A stretch of DNA of 64,000 nucleotides from an uncultured Rivularia sp. (GTDB taxonomy: Bacteria > Cyanobacteriota > Cyanobacteriia > Cyanobacteriales > Nostocaceae), in NCBI GenBank assembly GCA_963665115.1, contig OY762007.1, positions 7,392,001 through 7,456,000 on the forward strand. The letters run 5' to 3'. This document shows, in pieces, positions 57,291-64,000 of this stretch. The notes beneath the pieces were generated by a model, which saw only the letters and a list, made by a program, of their open reading frames with translations, did not search any database and had not been told where the DNA came from. Both the position numbers and the translations under genes were made by a program. The first letter of the stretch is position 1; every line of letters starts with the position of its first letter.

Positions 57291-57605
57291 TTAACGACCT
57301 TTGTTCATCTTGGTATAAGTTTTATTTGTTCCTACAAGACTGCCAATCAGGTATCCACCTAATCCCCATAAAATAGGCATTATCCAAGACTCATCAGAAC
57401 TTTGTGTACTGGATAGTGGTACATCATTTTGGCTAGTTTCAGACTCAGGGGGCGTTTCTTCAGTGAATGATTCATCATTGAAAGACTGTGCGATCAATTG
57501 CCCTGATAAGTTATTGTCGATAGCACTGACTGGTTTCACAGCTACAGCAGAAAATATCGTGAGACAAGCAGTAGCAAGTGCTAATTTTTGAGCGTTCCTC
57601 ATCAT
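57291..57605 (-). CDS. Small exported protein: signal peptide, acidic linker, C-terminal TM and basic tail
   Basis: LALATACLTIFSAVAVKPVSA; S/E/T-rich linker; WIMPILWGLGGYLIGSLVG; tail ending KMNKGR. Confidence 0.6.
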   Translation of the reverse strand: MMRNAQKLALATACLTIFSAVAVKPVSAIDNNLSGQLIAQSFNDESFTEETPPESETSQNDVPLSSTQSSDESWIMPILWGLGGYLIGSLVGTNKTYTKMNKGR

Positions 57606-58382
57606 AATCCTTAACCCTTTTAATTTGAGTAGATATTTAGACATACGAGAATAACCCCTCACTCTGACATCGAAATTAATTGAGAGAGGAATAGTCTTTA
57701 CATAGCTAAATTTTGGCCAGGAATAGCAGTTATCTTCTAGAAAATTACTAGATATTACGGTTATAAATCAATAACTTTATGCTACAATTAAATGTTTATC
57801 TTTAAAAGTAACTTTGCTATTAGTGTTAATTATCATACAGCATTAGTGGTACTTAACCCGATCGATAAATTTTCTTAATTTCTCTGGAGAGAATTTAATT
57901 TTGGCTTATTTATCGAAAATTATGTCAATAATTGGCTAATTCTTGCATCGACTATGCAACTATCGAAAGAAATATGCTTCTTAAAAAAAGACTTAACTAA
58001 TTGCGTAGTTTTTACATTCATAGATGGTATCTTTTTAACCCTGTAGGTGATATGGGACAAAATGGGAAATTTGAATGTTGATTCCTTTAAAAGTCTTCAC
58101 TTTTATATTCAAAATTTCCGCAAGTATTTATGGAAAACTAAGTAGATAGTGAAGGGTGAAATTCTTCGATAACATACTTTTGTAAAGCTTGTTTGAGTCG
58201 GTGACAGATATTAGCACAGGTATGTTCCCTTACAAAATATAAAAAACTTTAAATCGGGTGAAGGGGGGAGAGGGGGGAGAAAATAACTTGATAGTTAACT
58301 GTCAGAATTTAAAACGCTTAAAAACCCGGTTTTTTGGAAAAACCGGGTTGCTTAATTTTGAGAAAGTTTATTGTGAATCGAT

Positions 58383-59592
58383 TTAAACGACAACTGCTGC
58401 TTGCTTTAATTCAAAAATCTTCTTGATTACATCTTCTACTACCTTATCCGGTGTAGAGGCACCAGAAGTAATTCCTACAATAATTTTCCCATCTGGCAGC
58501 CATTTCTCAGATGTTTCGATATCGCCATTTAGCTGACGATGTTCGATGCTATTTTCGGATAAAATTCTTTCAACGCTATCAACATGGTAAGAAGGAATTT
58601 CTCTTTCCTCTGAAATTTCCTGTAAATGAGCAGTATTTGATGAATTAAAACCACCAATAACTACCATAAAATCAAGTTTTTCTTCCACTAACTCCAACAT
58701 TGCATCTTGTCTTTCTTGGGTAGCGTCGCAAATGGTATTGAAGCTTTGAAAGTGCTGATTTAATTCAGTTGGGTCATATTTTTTCATCATGGTACGCTCA
58801 AATAGCTTACCAATATGTTCGGTTTCACCTTTGAGCATTGTAGTTTGATTAGCAATCCCAACTTTTTCTAAATCGGTATCGGGATCAAATCCTTCCGAAC
58901 AAGCTTTACTGAATTTACTTAAAAACTCTTCTTTATTACCACCATTCAAAATATAATTGGTAACATATTCAGCTTCTTGCAAATTGAGAACAATTAGATA
59001 TTTACCAGCAAAGGAGCTAGTTGCAATAGTTTCTTCATGTTTGTACTTACCATGAATAATAGAAGTACAATCAACTTTTTTATGTTTTTCAACCGTATTC
59101 CAAACTTTAGAAACCCAAGGGCAAGTCGTATCAACGATTTTACAGCCCTTATCCGACAACACCTGCATTTCTTGAACGCTTGCGCCGAAAGCAGGTAAAA
59201 TTACCACATCTCCAGAAACCAACCACGGAAAAGTCTTTTTGATCGGCTTCTACAGAAATAAACCCAACCTGCATTTCTCGCAAACGTTGATTTACAGATG
59301 GGTTGTGAATAATCTCATTAGTAATCCAAATTTTTTCCGAAGGAAAATGCTTGCGAGTTTCATAAGCCATTGCCACAGCACGTTCCACACCCCAACAGAA
59401 GCCAAAAGCTTCCGCTAAGCGAATAGTAACATCGCCACTAGTTAAAGTGTAATTTTTATCTCTAATTTCTTGAATTAAACTACTTTGATATTCCGAATGT
59501 AGCTGAGTTGCTACCTCTTCCTTATGTCCAAATCCCCGACGATGGTAATTTGGAGAATGTTGTAATGAACGTTTAAAAGCTTTTGTATCCAT
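58383..59592 (-). CDS. ispH: 4-hydroxy-3-methylbut-2-enyl diphosphate reductase; frameshifted near 59216-59218
   Basis: [44 protein letters not shown]. The ORFs join by removing one T. Confidence 0.95.
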
Positions 59593-59660
59593 AATTTCAA
59601 TTATCAATTATCACTTATCAATTATCAATTATCAATTATCAGTTACCAGTTCTTTATTGC

Positions 59661-60488
59661 TCACTGTTCGCTGTTCATTGTTAACTGTAAAGCAGAACTC
59701 CAGACTAAATAACCATTTGAATTAAGGTGTAATCCATCAGTCGTAAAGTTCGATCTGAGATTTCCTTGTTTATCGGCAAACAAAGGATATAGGTTTAAGT
59801 ATTTTACGCTTTCTTTCGCTGCTATGGTTCGCAATTGTTGATTTAAGTTGCGAATGCGACTATTCGGAATAGCTAAGAGCTTATCTTTTCCTTCCCAAGT
59901 TGCTTGTTCACCTTGATGCGGCAAAATTGACTGGACTACTATTTGCGCTTTGGGATGCTTTTTACGCAAATAAACCAATATTTGTTGTTGATTTTCTAAA
60001 ATTGTTCGATCGTTCACACCAGCGATTAGATCGTTGATGCCTATCATCACAAAAATGGTTTCCGGTGTCGTTTTGTCAAATAAATTTAATCTTTTTAATA
60101 AACCAGCAGTTTTTTCCCCAGAAATTCCTTGATTTAACCACGTCTTATTATCCGGTAATAACTCCGAGGGAAACCATAAACTCAGAGAATCTCCAGCCAT
60201 CACGGTTAAATTCCGAGGTTTATTCTCTGCCGTAACCTCAGCCTCCTGTTTGAGAATATTCACCCACTTTTGATAGTCAAATTTATGACGCTTACCCAGT
60301 TGAGGGGCAACGGCTTGCTGTGTTTGAGTCTTAGGAGTAGGTTCAGCAGTTGGAGAAAGAACATTAGCCAAAAAAGCAGTAACATCCTGCTGTTTGCCAA
60401 TCAGCAAGATTACCGCTAGTAAAAGTATGACATTACTTAATAAAGAGAAAAATGCCCAAGCAGGAAAAGTTTTAATAGAACTAGACAC
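59661..60488 (-). CDS. SGNH/GDSL hydrolase family protein
   Basis: GDSLS, NQGISG, MIGIND, DGLHLN; N-terminal TM. Confidence 0.9.
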   Translation of the reverse strand: MSSSIKTFPAWAFFSLLSNVILLLAVILLIGKQQDVTAFLANVLSPTAEPTPKTQTQQAVAPQLGKRHKFDYQKWVNILKQEAEVTAENKPRNLTVMAGDSLSLWFPSELLPDNKTWLNQGISGEKTAGLLKRLNLFDKTTPETIFVMIGINDLIAGVNDRTILENQQQILVYLRKKHPKAQIVVQSILPHQGEQATWEGKDKLLAIPNSRIRNLNQQLRTIAAKESVKYLNLYPLFADKQGNLRSNFTTDGLHLNSNGYLVWSSALQLTMNSEQ

Positions 60489-60952
60489 GGGTAGCGAAGT
60501 ACATCAATTATCTATTTGGATATGATAGTCTACTTTATGAGTAGGAGACGCGGTAATAAAGAAATTCCGCCCCACATCTTGTGTCTTAATATACATTTTA
60601 CTATACTTATTAATGCCTATAAATCATAAAATTTGCTATAAATTCTACTATATTCAGGTTGATCCTCAATTAGTATAAACATTTTAACTGCTTGAGAAAA
60701 GGTGTTTTTAACATTGATTATATGTCTTTCGTCTACATTTTAATATTTGTTTTTAATTGTATTTAAACTAATTTGATATTTATCAAATATATGTATAATT
60801 AAATCTATAGTTACATATGTTTCATAGGATACTTATCTAAAAAAAATTAGATTTAAACGATTAATTCAGGTGTATCTAAAACCATTACTGCTTATTTATA
60901 ATTTATTTTGCTTAGATTCATCTGAAGTATATACATATATGCCAAAGTAATT

Positions 60953-63900
60953 ATGAAAAAGAATATATCTATTTTTATTGTTTCGATTTTATCTTTAGTT
61001 GTAACAGCCCAAATTACATTAGCTCAATCTATTAAAGAGTTAATGGAACAAGGGGATAAAGCATTAGACGCTGGTAGATATCCGCAAGCAGAAGCTATTT
61101 GGCAAGAAGTTTTGCGATCGCAACCTGGAAATGCTTACGCTTACAGAAAATTGGGAGATGCTCTGAGCAAGCAAAAGAAATTAGATGAAGCGATTGCTGC
61201 TTATCGTCAAGCAATCCAAATTAGTCCTGAGTACCATATTGCCTACGCAGGGTTGGGAAATGTTCTTTATGAACAAAAGAAATTAGATGAAGCGATTTTT
61301 GCTTATCGTAATGCAATTCAATTTAACCCTAAATATGCTTATGCCTACGCAGGATTAGGAGATGCTCTGAGTAAGCAAAATAAACTTGATGAAGCGATTT
61401 TTGCTTATCGTAAAGTAATCCAAATTAACCCCAAAAATGATTATGCCTACGCAGGATTAGGAGATGCTCTGAGTAAGCAAAATAAACTTGATGAAGCGAT
61501 TTTTGCTTATCGTAATGCAATTCAATTTAACTCTAAATATGCTTATGCCTACGCAGGATTAGGAGATGCTCTGAGTAAGCAGAATAAACTTGATGAAGCT
61601 GTTTTTGCTTATCGTAAAGCAATTCAAATTGATCCCAAATTCGATTATGCTTACGCAAAATTAGGGGACGCTCTAAGCAAGCAGAAGAATTTAGATGAAG
61701 CAATTGCTGCTTATCGTAAAGCAATCATAATTAACCCCAAATATGCTTATGCTCAGGTAGGATTAGGAGATGCTCTGAGTGAACAAAAGAAATTAGATGA
61801 AGCAGCTACTGCTTATCGTGAAGCTATTCAAATTAACCCTGAATATGATGTTGCTTACGCAGCATTGGGAGATGCTCTGAGCGAACAAAAGAAATTTGAT
61901 GAAGCAATAGCTGCTTATCGTAATGCTATTCAAATTTACCCTAAATACGCTTATGCTTACAGAAAATTAGGAGACGCTCTGAGTGAACAAAAGAAACTAG
62001 ATGAAGCAATTTCTGCTTATAGTAAAGCAATTCAAATTAATCCTAAATCCAAGGTTGCTTACGCAGGATTGGGAGATGCTCTTAGTAAACAAAAGAAATT
62101 AGATCAAGCAATAGCTGCTTATCGTAATGCTATTCAAATTGATCCTAAATATGCTTATGCTTATGCAGAATTGGGACATACTCTGAGCAAGCAAAAGAAA
62201 TTAGATGAAGCAATAGCTGCTTATCATAAAGCAATCCAGATTAATCCTAAATATGATTATGCTTATGCAAGATTGGGAGATGCTCTGAGCAAGCAAAAGA
62301 AACTAGATGAAGCGATTGCTGCTTATCGTAAAGCAATCCAAATTGACCCCAAATATGCTTATGCTTACGCAAAATTAGGAGATGCTCTGAGCGAACAAAA
62401 GAAATTTGATGAAGCAATCGATGCTTATCGTAATGCTATTCAAATTGACCCTAAATACGATATTGCTTATGTAAAGTTAGGAGATGCTCTGAGCGAACAA
62501 AAGAAATTTGATGAAGCAATAGCTGCTTATCGTAATGCTATTCAAATCGATACTAAATATGATTCTGCTTACGTAGGATTAGGAAATGCTCTGAGCGAAC
62601 AAAAGAAATTTGATGAAGCGATTGCTGCTTATCGTAATGCTATTCAAATCGATCCTAAATATGCTTATGCCTACCTAAGATTAGGAAATGCTCTAAGCGA
62701 ACAAAAGAAATTAAATGAAGCAATAGCTGCTTATCGTCAAGCAATTCAAATTGACCCTAAATATGATATTGCTTACGTAGTATTAGGATTGACTCTGAGT
62801 CATCAAAAGAAGTTAGATGAAGCAATTGCCGTTTATCAGAAAGCAATTGAAATGAACCCTAAATATGCTCCTGCTTACGTAGCATTGGGAAATGCTCTGA
62901 CTAAGCAAAAGAAGTTAGATGAAGCGATTGCTGCTTATCAGAAAGCATTTGAAATTAACCCTAAATATGCTCATGCTTACAAAGGATTAGGAGATGCTTA
63001 TAGCGAACATAAAAAATTAGAGGAGGCGATTGCTACTTATCGTAAAGCAATTGAAATCGACCCGCAATATACTGATGCTTACGTAAGTTTAGGAGATGTT
63101 CTGAGGGAACAAAAGAAAGTAGATGAAGCGATTGCTGCTTATCGTAAAGCAATTGAAATCGACCCGCAATATACTGATGCTTACTTTAGCTTAGGGACAC
63201 TTTTTAGCGAACAAAAGAAACGTGATAAGGCAATTGCTCTTTATCAAAAAATAATAAAAATTAATCCGAAATCAATCCTTGGTTATCTTGGTTTAGGTGT
63301 AGAACTTATTCAACAAAACAAGACAGAAGAAGCTGTTAAATATTTTAGAAAAGCGGTCGATATCGAACCTAAAATTGCTTTGTCTTGGACTATACTAAGT
63401 TACGGATTAAGTTTGGATAGAAAATACGAAGAAGCGGAAAAAGCCTCTCGTCAAGCTATTAAGCTAGATCAAAATCTTACCGATGCTTACAACAGTTTAG
63501 GATCGGTCTTCAGCTTTCAAAATAAATTTGAACAAGCAATTATATACTATAAAAAAGCACTTGAAATCGACCCCCTCGATCCAAGTTCTATCGCGAATTT
63601 AGGTGAAGCACTCTATTATTTAGGAAAGCTAGATGAATCAGCGTTAGCTCTTCGCAAATCGCTTAAGCTCGAACCTAGCGCTTTTGCCTATGCAAAGCTG
63701 GGTGAAGTATTAAGAAAACAAAATAAACTGGATGAATCAATTATTGCTTACCGTGAAGCTTTAAAATTGCCAGATGAAATTTCAACCACAAGAGAAGGAA
63801 ATATCAAATGGATAATTACCAATTCCCATGCAGTCGCTCATAATGGTTTAGGTTTAGCATTACAAGAACAAGGGAAACTAACAAAAGCGATATCTGAATT

Positions 63901-64000
63901 TGAGCTTGCCATTACTTTTGATGCTGATTTTACCACTGCTAAAAATAATCTCAATGAAGCAAAAAGGTTATTACAACAACAACGCGATCCAAAATCCCCC
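60953..64000 (+). CDS. Large secreted tetratricopeptide-repeat protein (about 27 TPRs), incomplete at the window end
   Basis: ATG at 60953 gives signal peptide MKKNISIFIVSILSLVVTAQITLA. The frame reads open to 64000, with 102-bp repeats from 61133. Missing from the ORF track because no stop is in the window. Confidence 0.92.
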   Translation, partial: MKKNISIFIVSILSLVVTAQITLAQSIKELMEQGDKALDAGRYPQAEAIWQEVLRSQPGNAYAYRKLGDALSKQKKLDEAIAAYRQAIQISPEYHIAYAGLGNVLYEQKKLDEAIFAYRNAIQFNPKYAYAYAGLGDALSKQNKLDEAIFAYRKVIQINPKNDYAYAGLGDALSKQNKLDEAIFAYRNAIQFNSKYAYAYAGLGDALSKQNKLDEAVFAYRKAIQIDPKFDYAYAKLGDALSKQKNLDEAIAAYRKAIIINPKYAYAQVGLGDALSEQKKLDEAATAYREAIQINPEYDVAYAALGDALSEQKKFDEAIAAYRNAIQIYPKYAYAYRKLGDALSEQKKLDEAISAYSKAIQINPKSKVAYAGLGDALSKQKKLDQAIAAYRNAIQIDPKYAYAYAELGHTLSKQKKLDEAIAAYHKAIQINPKYDYAYARLGDALSKQKKLDEAIAAYRKAIQIDPKYAYAYAKLGDALSEQKKFDEAIDAYRNAIQIDPKYDIAYVKLGDALSEQKKFDEAIAAYRNAIQIDTKYDSAYVGLGNALSEQKKFDEAIAAYRNAIQIDPKYAYAYLRLGNALSEQKKLNEAIAAYRQAIQIDPKYDIAYVVLGLTLSHQKKLDEAIAVYQKAIEMNPKYAPAYVALGNALTKQKKLDEAIAAYQKAFEINPKYAHAYKGLGDAYSEHKKLEEAIATYRKAIEIDPQYTDAYVSLGDVLREQKKVDEAIAAYRKAIEIDPQYTDAYFSLGTLFSEQKKRDKAIALYQKIIKINPKSILGYLGLGVELIQQNKTEEAVKYFRKAVDIEPKIALSWTILSYGLSLDRKYEEAEKASRQAIKLDQNLTDAYNSLGSVFSFQNKFEQAIIYYKKALEIDPLDPSSIANLGEALYYLGKLDESALALRKSLKLEPSAFAYAKLGEVLRKQNKLDESIIAYREALKLPDEISTTREGNIKWIITNSHAVAHNGLGLALQEQGKLTKAISEFELAITFDADFTTAKNNLNEAKRLLQQQRDPKSP

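Noticed and set aside
58383..59607. Programmed frameshifting or true pseudogenisation of ispH
   Set aside because: No canonical slippery heptamer at the site, and the same +1 lesion occurs in five unrelated genes.
61133..63274. Diversity-generating retroelement acting on the TPR repeats or the FGE gene
   Set aside because: No reverse transcriptase or template repeat in the window, and repeat differences are not confined to adenines.

Overview
Chromosomal DNA from a filamentous cyanobacterium, probably Nostocales/Rivulariaceae-like. This is inferred from frequent HIP1 octamers (GCGATCGC), heptamer tandem repeats (STRR), GTAG-type REP palindromes and gene content. Housekeeping genes are tRNA-Asp, gltX, ftsH, ligA, ispH and an alkaline phosphatase. 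They are mixed with signalling genes (Ser/Thr kinase, two hybrid His kinases, an OmpR/RcaC-type regulator, HTH-AAA_35), transporters and accessory genes. Best leads: (i) a cytoplasmic subtilisin (S8) gene followed by a small gene that looks like a free copy of its own prodomain; (ii) an ADP-ribosylhydrolase fused to a putative ADP-ribosyltransferase-like domain, next to an orphan ORF; (iii) a >1000-aa secreted TPR protein, missing from the ORF track, with 21 near-identical 102-bp repeats that vary mostly at two di-residue positions; (iv) mirror-image 7-N4-7 boxes in a divergent promoter near the RcaC-like regulator; (v) several MITE/REP families, one inserted in-frame in a gene. Six genes, including essential ispH, are each broken by one extra base in a short homopolymer, which is most likely an assembly artefact. 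No CRISPR array, transposase or prophage was seen. All family calls come from motif recognition, not database searches.
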